Below are positions 1 to 10,921 of a DNA stretch of 64,000 nucleotides, piece by piece. The translations under genes were made by a program, and so were the position numbers. This DNA comes from Mobula hypostoma (lineage: Eukaryota): the NCBI RefSeq assembly GCF_963921235.1, contig NC_086097.1, positions 197,658,001 to 197,722,000 on the forward strand, in the 5' to 3' direction. Under the pieces are notes generated by a model, which ran no database searches, was not told the DNA's origin, and was given only the letters and a program-made list of their open reading frames with translations. Numbering within the stretch: the first letter of the stretch is position 1; each line of letters starts with the position of its first letter.

Positions 1-860
1 TAAGAGCAGAATTCTCTCAGCATTCACCCTCCATCCAAACTCTCTGCATCTCTGTAATCTTTTGCAATTTCAGTCAGCCCCATTAAGATTCCACCACTAG
101 AGAGGCATTTCCCTTCTTTCCCTTTTCAGCATTTTGAAGTGATTGCTCTCTTAGAGGTTCTTTGTTATGCACTTCTGTCCCTATGAACCACTCCCAGTAT
201 TATTGCACCTATACATGCAATCGCAGGATTTTCAGTACCTATCCTCCCACTTTATCCCTTCCCACTATCCACAAACCTATTTGACCTTTGGAGATGAAGC
301 AAAAACTTATGCACATTTCTTCCAATCCAGTGTATTGTATTTACATTTTATACTGGTGAAACCCAACACGAGTTGGGTGATGACTTTGCAGAGCACCTGC
401 ATTCAATCTGCAGGGGTAACCTCAAGTTCCATGTTGCTTGCTGCTTTAAAACTCCATCCCATTCACAGTCTGACATTTGCTTATGCTTTTTACATTTTCT
501 TTTACAGCGAGGCATATTGCAAGCAAGAGGATCAACTCATTTTGTGTCTGGGGACATTGTAGCATTAAACACTCAATATTGATTTCTTATTTTTTGTCCA
601 TTTCTGAGCCAGTCATTTCTGTTATCTGTAATTTTGACTTGATTTGTCTCTCTTTGTTAGAATATCCTGGTCTTTTAATAACATATTACAAAGTCTAAGA
701 AGCAGTATGTGCTTCCTGCTGCCTTTATCCACCTTCTATACTACTTAAGATTAACTTTTTTTTTCTTTCCCCATTCTGATGAATGAATTTGGTCTTTAAA
801 CATTAATTCTATTAATTTTCCTGGATGCTATCTAACTTGTGGGCGTTTCCAGCATGAGGA
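1..860 (+). mobile_element. Degenerate Penelope-like retroelement 3' part (GIY-YIG endonuclease remnant plus decayed terminal repeat)
   Basis: Frameshifted translation gives YTGETQHELGDDFAEHLHSI...PSHSQSD...EAYCKQEDQLILCLGTL, homologous to the cleaner GIY-YIG ORF at 17647-17940; decayed ctgatga...gatgct...ccagca terminal motif at about 776-853. Confidence 0.75.
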
Positions 861-1689
861 ATGAATCTTTATCATTTGTACGGCTTAATTTTGTGGTATA
901 TTCATTGATTGAGCCACCATGATCTCAAAGGAGATAACTGATTCTGAATAGTATCTAATAACTGAAGTTTAACTTCTGCTGTTGACTTCCTTTAATGGCA
1001 TTTGTGTAATAGATCAGATGCTTTTTATTTATTGAGCTGATATTTTCAATAGCATAATTGAAGAAATAAAACAACTTTGGCATTGAAACAAGTCTGGAAC
1101 GATGCATTCTTGGTAGATGAGAAAGGATTCTGTCTAAAAACATAAAGTGACTGGAAAATTCAATGAATTAAAAGCCATTTAAACCCTCCTGTTTTTTTTC
1201 ATTTCATCACAGGTCTTTTATTTTTACTTCTCCTGTGAGCACTTTATTTCTAACTTGTTTCAGATCAGATAAAAGATCATTAACCTCAACTATTAATTTT
1301 GTTTCTTGTCCAATGTGTATTGCATTACTTGCTGAGAATCTTGTAATTTTCTGTTCCTATGGCACTCAGCTGCAGTTTCCTTTGAGGTCGTGTCTCAGTT
1401 AGTTGTTTATTAGGTTCATAGGGATGGTTTTGCAGCCACTTGGGGTTTAAGTTTTAGGGACAGAGGTGTAGGGGAATTTAGATGTCAGGTCGGAGTCTAA
1501 GCCTCTTCTCAAGGGTGCAAATGACATGGGGCAACATAGATGGATGTTGGGCCAGCACTTCAGCATGAATGAGCTCTTGTGACCCTTCCAGGACCAGCAA
1601 ATTGTCAGATGCCTCTGGAGTTCTGTGTGGGCAGAAGGAATGAGGTCTGATGATCCTCTATGTACACGAATCAGTGAGTCCAGTATTCG

Positions 1690-2135
1690 AGTCCTACTGT
1701 TCAGTTATTGGCGGGTCCTGGGGTTGATGCCGAACATTGAGACCCAAGGGTGGAGTCTGGAAGTCAACGCCCGATGGCCACTGCTCTGAGTCTACAAATC
1801 TCTGTGCATGCTGAGGAAGGCTCAATGTCTGCAAATCTAAACGCACTGGAGGCCGAAGACGGCCTGTCGTAGGTTTGGAGGACTGTGTATGTGCGTGGGT
1901 TGGTTGGTGTATGGGAGGGAGGAACATGGTTTGTTTTGCGTCTGTTGTTTTGTGGTTTGTTGTGTTCTGTGTAGTTCTGCTGAACATTCTGGGCATGCTT
2001 CGTTGGCATCAGAATGTGTGGCGACATTTGCATGCTGTCTGCTGCACATCCTTGGGTGTGTTGGTTGGTTACGCAAACGACTCATTTCACTGTAAGTTTT
2101 GATGTACATATGATAAATAAATCTGAACCTTAAAT
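1690..2135 (+). mobile_element. Non-autonomous SINE-like repeat with LINE-type 3' tail
   Basis: 3' segment (gggcatgct...ttttgatgtacat...aaataaa) is shared with the SINE at 35640-35900; non-coding; 5' boundary uncertain. Confidence 0.4.
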
Positions 2136-3119
2136 TGTATTCTTTTGTTTTTACCATCTTCAGAAAAGTGTACAAATTTACGGTCTTTTCTTTGTTTTCT
2201 GTTCAACTGCTTCTGCTTACCTAAAATCTGCTGCCATCTTGAAGCCCTGCCATTTGGTTTACCATGATTTGTAACCTTTCCCTTTTGCCTCCTATTCTCA
2301 CTGCTGATATACATCTTAACTGCCTCGGGTTTCTTATATTCAATGGTTCTGTGTTTTGAAAAAAGGGTATTTACTTTGTAAGTCAAATTTATCAGTATAG
2401 CCCAACTGGAATCTTTCTTTGTACACTGCTGCATATGTGTGTCCAATTGTGGCATCCTTTGCAATTAATTCCTTATGAAATAGCCATGATAAACTGATGT
2501 CTCTAATTATTACTAATGTATTCAACGCTTGAAATCCGAAGTCTGCAGTTTCAAGTCTGAAATTATTAACACAAGATGCTGGAAATAAATAGTATCTGTG
2601 GAGAGAATTATGCAGTAACATTCCAAGTTGTTGAGTCATCATGTGGTCTGTTTTCTTTGTGGGAAAACGATAAGTGCTTCTTACTGCCACATGGCTGAAA
2701 CCTCAGAATCTGTCAGCAAGGTGCGTTTGACATGAGCCAACAAGCAAAAAAGGACTTGATTATGTTGACACTTTGTGCAGAAGGACTGGATTGTTTCGGT
2801 GTGTATGTCAGTGCATTCTGATTTCCACATCTGTATGCCACATACAGAAAGTTCTGGATGTTAGATGCTGGCATACTTTACGTTAATTTCAGCCATTGAG
2901 CTTGCAGTGAAGTCCAGGAATATTCTGACTACATGCTCAAAAGTGCTTTATCCTTGGCTGCTCATCATTACACCAAGCAAAGCTGACTCATCCCGCCTGG
3001 CCCTATTTATTTAAATAGGGTTGCTAGCTATCATTTAAATAATGTGCTTCTAATACTTCTATTATTTGTATTAGTATTTATACTTAGTCCATATATTGAA
3101 TTATCACCTATCACTTCTT

Positions 3120-3395
3120 ATTTTAAAAAATCACTTGCCACTCTTGTCCCTTTAACCTTTCACCCTCTCACTTAAAATTTGTGCTCTCAAGTATTTAGCC
3201 TTTCTACCCTGGGAAAAAGATTCTGGCTGTCTACCCAATCTATGCTTCTCAGAATTTTAGAAACTTCTTTCAACTTCTGGTGCTGCAAAGAAGAAAATTC
3301 AAGTTTGTCCCACCTTTCCTTGTCACTAAAAATCTCTAATCCGGGCAGCGTCCTGGTGAACCTCTTCTGAATCCTATCCAAAGCTTCCACATTCT
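3120..3395 (-). mobile_element. CR1 LINE ORF2 C-terminal fragment
   Basis: ORF 3187-3390 (EALDRIQKRFTRTLPGLE...LFPR) matches the C-terminus of the CR1 ORF2 at 13114-13851. Confidence 0.8.
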
Positions 3396-3744
3396 GTATT
3401 TCTAATTGCCGAGGCTTTGTCTCAAGCAGCTTTGGGGAGGAGGCTAGACAGTGGTATGGTGGGATCTTTTACTTTACTATTTATCTTGGTAGTTTTGAGA
3501 CTGCAGTTCATGCAGTTGTATGCTCCTCCTGCAGGATGTGGGAGATCAGTGAAATTGAGATATTGTGTCCAGCTGCATTTGGACTCTGTAGAGCATCGTC
3601 AACAGGAACTTTAGTGAGACGGTCACATCTGAGGTACAGGCTGCAACTAGCTGGGTCACACCAGGAAATATAGGGGGTTAGGCAGAGGGTGCAGTATTTC
3701 TTTATGGCCATTTTCTCATCAATGTTTAGGTCAAAACTCTGCAT

Positions 3745-3845
3745 CAGCTCTGATGCAGATTTTCGATCCGAAACGTCTTTAGATCCTTTCCTCCCTGTTC
3801 CTTGTTGCTTGACTCACTGAGTTTTTCCAGCTTATTGTTTGTTGG
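3745..3845 (+). mobile_element. Decayed Penelope terminal repeat with hammerhead-like core
   Basis: ctgatgc (3750-3756)...gaaacgtc (3770-3777) followed by ...ctgagtttttccagc; same layout as 23653-23731. Confidence 0.5.
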
Positions 3846-4204
3846 ACTGCAGCAAAGCTTTTAACAGGGTCCCATGTGGTAGGCTGGTCCAGGTGAGGTC
3901 ATGTGGAATCCAGGGTGAGCTCGCCAATTGGATACAAAGTTGGTCTGATGATAGGAGTCAGAGGTAGCGAAGGGTTGCTTTTTAGATTGGAGGTCTCTGA
4001 CCAGAGGTGTGCATACAGGCATTGGTGCAGTCCATATAGTTTGTCATATAGTGTATATTACACGTTGAGCAACCCTTGTCTGAAATTCCAAAATTTTTTG
4101 ACATCACAGATGGAAAATTCCACAAGGGTATGCAAAGGTTCCCAGGCCATGTAATGCACAGGTCTGTGCACAGCACAGACAGTTCTGAGAAGTTCTCATT
4201 GATA

Positions 4205-5018
4205 GAGTGCAGAAGTGGGCTGAGAAGTGGCAGATGGAGTTCAACCCGGAGAAGTGTGAGGTGGTACACTTTGGAAGGACAAACTCCAAGGCAGAGTACA
4301 AAGTAAGTGGCAGGATACTTGGTAGTGTGGAGGAGCAGAGGGATCTGGGGGTATATGTCCACAGATCCCTGAAAGTTGCCTCACAGGTGGATAGGGTAGT
4401 TAAGAAAGCTTATGGGGTGTTAGCTTTCATAAGTCGAGAGATAGAGTTTAAGAGTCACGATGTAATGATGCAGCTCTATAAACTCTGGTTAGGCCACACT
4501 TGGAGTACTGTGTCCAGTTCTGGTCGCCTCACTATAGGAAGGATATAGAAGCATTGGAAAGAGTACAGAGGAGATTTACCAGGATGCTGCCCGGTTTAGA
4601 GAGTATGCATTATGATCAGAGATTAAGGGAGCTAGGGCTTTACTCTTCTGAGAGAAGGAGCATGAGAGGAGACATGATAGAGGTGTACAAGATAATAAGA
4701 GGAATAGATAGAGTGGATAGCCAGCACCTCTTCCCCAGGGCACCACTGCTCAATACAAGAGGACATGGCTTTTAGGTTCGGGGTGGGAAGTTCAAGGGGG
4801 ATATTAGAGGAAGGTTTTTTACTCAGAGAGTGGTTGGTGTGTGGAATGCACTGCCTGAGTCAGTGGTGGAGGCAGATACACTAGTGAAGTTTAAGAGACT
4901 ACAAGTCAGGTATATGGAGGAATTTAAGGTGGGGGCTTGTATGGGAGGCAGGGTTTGAGGGTCGGCACAACATTGTGGGCCAAAGGGCCTGAACTGTGCT
5001 GTACTTTTCTATGTTCTA
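4205..5018 (+). mobile_element. 5'-truncated CR1 LINE inserted in the Tigger
   Basis: ORFs 4207-4548 and 4500-4775 (KWQMEFNPEKCEV, EYCVQFWSPHYRKDI); 3' UTR ends in ttctatgttcta. Confidence 0.9.
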
Positions 5019-5517
5019 AGTGACCTCATATATATACTGAACAGAAGTTAATGAGAAAGAGAAGAACTGCATAAAACAAAAAAAATGCAAAGAACTCAAT
5101 CATGTATTGAAAGAGTGGATTTGACAGTGTCAGATTGAACATAAGCCACTTAACAGTAAGCTGATCATGAAACAAGCTAAGATCTATCATGGCGAACTGA
5201 AAATTGAGGGCAATTGTGAATTCAGCAGGCCGGTTGCTGACAATTTAAGAAAAGGCACAGCATTAAATTTTTGAAGGTCTGTGGTGACAAAGCAGCAGAG
5301 AAATTCATTGATGAGTTTGCCAAGATATCACTGATGAAAATCTTAACACGTTGTATGGCTGCATCAATGCATATTTGTGATGAACAAGTGTAAGGCAATG
5401 ATTGCTTACCGGAAGCTCTTAAGTTCAGAGTCAGGAATGATGACAATGCCAAACAGCTACTAACTGTCCACGCGGGCCGCTGAGGTAGTGATAGCTTACC
5501 GTTCTAATGTTTTAGAG

Positions 5518-6132
5518 CAGTGGTCCCCAACCTCCGGGCCACGGACCGATACCGGACCGTGAAGAATGCGGGGTGCAGTGGTAGCCAGAGTGCACCCAGC
5601 ACATCTTTAAGAAAAAAAGCTGAAATAGACAAACTAATTAATTAGGTGCCTCCCAGAAGCCAGTCTTCATTAGAGGAACTGAGGTGGAGAGGGTCAATAA
5701 CTTTAAATTCTTCGGCATTAAGGATCGACATTTCTCTCTCTGAAAAGTGTCAGAGGATCTGTCCTGGGACCAGCATGTAACTGTCATTACAAAGAAAGCA
5801 TGGCAGCGCCTATACTATATTAGAAGTTTGTATAGATTCAACATGTCACCTCGATCCTGACAGCCCCGTCTTTTCAGCCTGTCTGGGCTGGCGTTTAAAT
5901 GGACCAAACAATGGAACAGCTAAAGGCTCCAGCACCCTGGAAAGAGGAGTGAACATCGTGTAGAGCAAGTGAAATCGGCAATCGCCTCTGATCTGGGCCA
6001 ACATTTATGTGCCGGGCGGCACCTAATTAATTACCTTGTTTATTTTGGCTTTTTTCTTAAAGATGTGCTGGGTGTGTTCCAGCTACCGCTGCACCCCTGC
6101 ATGCTTCGTGGCCCGGAGGTTGGGGACCGCTG
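5518..6132. mobile_element. hAT (Charlie-type) MITE with long inverted arms
   Basis: TIRs cagtggtccccaacctccgggccacg / cgtggcccggaggttggggaccgctg; arms extend about 115-130 bp; 8-bp flanks ttttagag / ttctaaag (6 of 8 match, nTCTAGAn-like). Confidence 0.85.
5655..5850 (+). mobile_element. Internal Rex1 RT fragment inside the hAT MITE
   Basis: KPVFIRGTEVERVNNFKFFGI...SEDLSWDQHVTVITKKAWQRLYYIRSL, homologous to ORF 14721-14963; no 3' tail. Confidence 0.7.
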
Positions 6133-7303
6133 TTCTAAAGTACGTATTATTGTATCATGCACAAAACTGTTAAAATATTTTATAAACTACCTTCAGGGTA
6201 TGTGTGTGTGTGTATGTGTGTATATAATATATTGTAAGTAGATTTTGTGTTGATACTTGTGTCCCATCCCTAAGGTATCTCATTATATATAGATGCAAAT
6301 ATTCCAAAATTGGTAGGATAGTGGACAGTGAAGGAGGTTATCTAAGATTACAATAGGTCTAGATAATTGGGGAAGTTGGCCAAGGAATAGCAGACTGAAA
6401 TTAACGTGGACAAATGTCAAGTGTCTTACTTTGAGAACCAGAGCAAGACTTGTACAGTAAATGGAGAGGCCCTGGGGAGTGTTACAGAACGGAGAGACAT
6501 AAGGGTACAAGTACATAATATCCTGAAGTGTTGACACAGGTTGACAGGTGGTGAAAGAGGTATATGGCACATTTGCCATCATTGGATGAGGCAATGAGTA
6601 CAGCAGTTGGGACATCAGGTTACCCATGTATGTTGCATTGGTATGACTGTACCGGGAGTATTGTTTGCAGTTCTTGTCAACCAGCTGTAGGATGGATTAT
6701 TTTATTTTAGAAATGGTGCAGAAAATATCCACAAGGGTGTTACTGGGACAGGAAGGCTTCAGTTACAAGGAGAGGCTAGATAGTCCTGACCAATTTTCCC
6801 TTGGAGTGTAGAAACTGAGGGGTGACCTTATAGAGATATATAAAATCATGAGAGTATAGATAAGGTGAATGCTCACATTCTTTTTCCTGGGGACAGAGAA
6901 TTTAAAACTCAAGGGTATAGGTTCAAGTGAGAGGAGAAAGATTTAAATGGGTCCTGAGGGACAATGTGGTAGTAGAGACAGCATCCTTGCTACACTGCTG
7001 TTATACAACTTGAATCGAGCAATTGTACTGTTACCAGTGCTGCCCCTTATGTGAAGAGTGGGTGAAATGCTACTAGTTCGAAGTAGAGAGAGCAGATGTA
7101 AGTGATTTCAGAAGTTTAGCAGAGATCCATTGAAATTTGACTGTTTCAAGAAATAGCTCTTTGTCAGAAGCTATAACAATGAGCGATATCTAGTATCATA
7201 TTCTAGCCCTGATACACAGTCTATCTTATATTCATGAATCCTATTTTCTCAGAAGTATTTAATATTTTCACAGTGCTTATTATGACTGAGGGCACATTAC
7301 CTT

Positions 7304-7550
7304 TTTTCTGTTTTCTAACTCCAGAAACTAATGGAAAGAAAAACACAGGAACTGGGATAAGTTTTGTCTACTTAGTTTTTCTTCCCTTTATTTTAGTGAG
7401 GTGCTCACATGTGATGTGGTGGCGTAATGATGTATCATTCATGCACTATTTGATTGTAACCCATAATAAATTATGTAAACAATCAAAGAACGATTAAACA
7501 ATATATTTACAATATTACTCAAGTATTACTGTAGTATTAAATACACTGCA
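7304..7550 (-). mobile_element. Probable short solo LTR
   Basis: Ends ...cactgCA at 7550; flanked by acctt (7299-7303) / gcctt (7551-7555); AATAAA on the minus strand; left terminus decayed. Confidence 0.5.
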
Positions 7551-7699
7551 GCCTTTATAAATTGGTAATTACATTTTAATATTAAAATATGCTCAATACC
7601 TTCAAAAGCATTCTTTTAAAGCATTGAGATATAATTCAAAGAATACCTTAAGAATCTCAGTATTTGTTAAAGGGATGCATTTAAATAAGCGAGGGATCA

Positions 7700-8640
7700 T
7701 CATGCCTTGATAGAAATTGTTTATTGATCCACTATTGTTCTAGATAAATGCCTCAATGTCCTTCAGTGCTGCATTGTTGACATCACTGAGCAGAGATTGG
7801 AATTAAAGTTGTTTTAAAATTGGCAGATTGATACCAATGGGGTGCCACAGAGATCAATGTTAGGAGGAGCTCAGTGATTCACAACATACATTAATGAAAT
7901 ACATGAAAAGACATTACGTGACATCCAGATACGCTGACAATATAAAGCCAAGGAGGGAAGTAAGCTTCAAAAGGGGCATAACGGTTGAGTAAGTGTGAAA
8001 GTGAGTAGCTGATAAAATACTAGGGAAAGTGTGACTTGTGCATTTTGGTAGGAGTAATAGTAAAGCAAAATATTTTTGTACTAGTGAGAAACTGCATTTT
8101 GTTGATGTGTATATGCTGCTTCAAAAGGAACAGTATTATCATAAACCAGTATTACAAGCAATTGACAAAGGGAAATGTTAAGTTGGCTATTATTACTGCA
8201 AGTTGGTTGAAGTACAAAAATAGTCAAATCATTCTGAGTTTCATGAGAAAATATTTAGAGTATGATCGACAGGTTTAGTTTCTGCACCTGATGCACAATT
8301 TAGTGTCCTTGAAAAGTCAGTGCTGCTTAGATTTTCAAAATTGGTTTCTTTATTAAGTAGTTTTCTTATGGAAAATAATTGCAGGACCATGACCTGTACT
8401 CAGTGGAGTTTAGAAGGATGCAAACTAACCTCACTTTGATTCTGAAAGGGATTAACACAGTTCATTCTAAAGGCTGTTTCTCCTCAGTTGAAAGATGTGA
8501 ATTAGGGAGTAAAGGCTCTGGAGTGGTTAATTAGGACTCACTTGAGGTTTTTATGGTTGGTATAGATTTTTAGAATTGTCTAACTTAGAGTGGTATGGAT
8601 GCTCAGTTAATAACAAAATGGATAGCTTTTTGGCTGACCC
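7700..8640 (+). mobile_element. Very old CR1 RT and C-terminal remnant
   Basis: WQIDTNGVPQRSML...TYIN...SRYADNIK and later LYSVEFRRM motifs, with many stops and frameshifts. Confidence 0.65.
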
Positions 8641-9986
8641 TTTTTGTTCAGTTTGTTTGTACCCTAAGCATCTGTCACAAGTCTAGACCTTCAACAATAT
8701 TCCTCAGTATTTAGCCAGCCTACTCAGTGACGATGCGGCTTCACAAGTCTTGGATATTAAAGTCCCGCACCAAAGTAAATTCTATTTCTTTGTTCCTAAA
8801 TGGATCTTCCACCAGTCAAGAATACTAAATTATCACTGAAGGAAAAAGATTAGTTCTCGGTAGTAGCTATCTTCCTGATATTTGACTAGATTCCATTGAA
8901 GCTTGTGGACTGGACACCAATGAAACTAGTCCCTGGATCATTCCTGCCTTTGTCAGATTTATCATGCCAGAGGGATAGCACATATTTATGGATAGTCATG
9001 AACAAGCCTGGAGTATCTGTTAAAACGTACAGTTCCCTGAGGATCCATTTTGCTTGACAGTTCTGTGGGGTTAGCTTTTCCAATTTTGTCATGGCTTGGA
9101 TATTGGTGAGAAAGGCTAATTGAGCTAAGGTGCTTTTTTTTGTATCCATCCGTTCTTGTGTCGAGAATGATGGTGAGTGATCCATCCAGTCTAATTTCTA
9201 TTGCATAACATCAAAATAACTGAACAATTTGTTAGGCCATTTCAAAGATCAGTAAGTCACACTGATGCGCAACTATATTCAAATATCTTACAAAGTGCTT
9301 TAAATAGAGTAAATTCAGCCAAACTTACCCTTTTGAGAATGTGTATTATTAGCACAGAATATTACAGAAATTGCATTTGGACTGAAGTTTAATTAAGTCT
9401 GCTGAAGGCTAGATCTGTGACATTCAAGTTTGGTGACCCAGGTCTATACCAGAAAACCAGGTATAATTTGCGAGGGCTATTTCAAGGGTGAAGAGACAAT
9501 TTCAAACGAAGTTGGAGGTGACATCGGATGTATGACAACTCTGGCAGGGTTTGCAAGACATTACTTCCTACAAAGTGAAACAGAATAGCATGAATGGCAG
9601 CGATGCTTCACTACCAGATGAACTCATTGCATTCTATGCCTGCTTTGAAATGGAGAATGGAGGTTTAAAAAGAGAAATTTTCAACGATTCTTGTTTCAGT
9701 TGAAGCAAGCAGCTGAGAAGAAGAGTGGAAGAAATCGGGTAGAAAAAGTCATTTTTTTTTAAACACTGCTCAGGGAGAAAGGTCTGCACTGCGCAGGCGT
9801 GTGATGTAGCGCGCCAAGGTTTAAAAACAGACCACCATATACAGTGGCCATCGTTGTAGCGGCCATCGTCGGAGTGGACTGAGTCAGAGTGGGGCGGCTT
9901 TGGCTCAAACAGGCTTCGGCGAGAACAGGTAGAGGCCAGAGTAGGTTCTGGTAAGTTTTTTGTTCAGATTGTCTAACGTAGAGAGA

Positions 9987-10921
9987 ATGCCAGGCAGGAT
10001 GTTGAAATGCTCCTCTTGCAGGATGTGGGAAGTCAGGGAGCCCTCCAGTGTCCCTGACAATGACACCTGCAAGAAGTGCATCCAGCTGCAGCTCCTAACA
10101 AACCGCGTTAGGGAACTGGAGCAGGAGCTGGATGACCTGCGGATCATTCGGGAGAATGAGGAGATTATAGATAGTAGCTACAGGGAGGTAGTTACGCCAA
10201 AGGAGCAGAGGACAGGAAATTGGGTCACTGTCAGGCGAGGGAAGGGGAAAGGGCAGGCAGAGCAGGGTTCCCCTGTGGCCATTCCCCTCAACAACAAGTA
10301 TACTGCATTGGATGCTGTTGGGGGGGATGACTTACCTGGGACCAGCTGCAGTAGCCGGATCTTTGGCACTGGGTCTGGCTCTGCAGTGCAGAAGGGAGGG
10401 GGGAAAAGAGGAGAGCAGTAGTGATAGGGGACTCAATAGTTAGAGGTGCAGATAGGAGGTTCTGTGGTCATGACAGAGAATCCAGGATGGTTTGTTGCCT
10501 CCCAGGTGCCAGGGTCAAGGATGTCTCTGATCGATTGCATAACATTCTGAAGTGGGAGGGTGATCAGCCAGATGTCGTGGTGCACATCGGTACCAATGAC
10601 ATAGCAAGGAAGAGTGACGAGGTCCTGGAGAGTGAGTATAGAGAGCTTGGTAGGAAGTTGAAAAGCAGGACCTCAAGGGTGGTAATCTCAGGATTGCTAC
10701 CTGTGCTATGTGCCAGTGAGGGTAGGAATAGGATGCTCTGGAGGATGAACAAGTGGCTGAGGAACTGGTGTAGGGAGCAGGGTTTCAGATTTCAGGATAA
10801 TTGGGACCTCTTCTGGGGCAGGTGGGACCTGTACAAGAGAGACGGGTTACACTTGAACTACAGGGGGACCAATATCCTTTCAGGGAGGTTTGTTAATGCT
10901 ATTGGGGGGGCTTTAAACTAG
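9987..10921 (+). pseudogene. CR1 ORF1: zinc finger, coiled coil and SGNH/GDSL esterase; one frameshift near 10396
   Basis: CSSC...CKKC; LQLLTNRVRELEQELDDL; esterase blocks VIGDS, LPGA, HIGTND, DGLHLN; a 1-nt loss joins QKG to RGEKRRAVVIGDS. Confidence 0.9.
10912..10918 (+). promoter_or_regulatory. Candidate -1 ribosomal frameshift heptamer T-TTA-AAC at the ORF1/ORF2 junction
   Basis: ORF1 reads gcT TTA AAC TAG; the -1 frame reads TTT AAA CTA GAT TTG CAG, continuous with ORF2. Confidence 0.55.

Larger units (their letters stand above)
4061..6309 (+). mobile_element. Tigger/pogo DNA transposon, Tigger4(Zombi)/MER46-like, internally deleted, right TIR missing
   Basis: TA|cacgttgagcaacccttgtctgaaat left end; CENP-B/Jerky-type remnant at about 5090-5350 (ELNHVLKEWI*Q...LIMKQAKIYHGELKIEGNCEF...FKKRHSIKFLKVCGDKAAEKFIDEFAK); 6140-6309 resembles the recalled Tigger4 3' end. 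Confidence 0.75.
3846..6975 (+). mobile_element. Old CR1 LINE RT fragment split by a Tigger insertion (3846-4060 and about 6303-6975)
   Basis: SKAFNRVPCGRLV...GIQGELANWIQ before 4060; KIGRIVDSEGGYLRLQ...NVDKCQV resumes near 6303; collinear with CR1 ORF2. Confidence 0.8.

Noticed and set aside
2221..2348. Minus-strand exon candidate (acceptor ttttttcaaaacacag, donor gtaagc, open frame TIEYKKPEAVKMY...)
   Set aside because: Peptide not recognised and no consistent partner exons; cannot be supported without RNA-seq or homology.
10398..10407. G/A run at the ORF1 internal frame break as a second programmed frameshift
   Set aside because: No X-XXY-YYZ heptamer in the correct phase; a 1-nt deletion is the simpler explanation.
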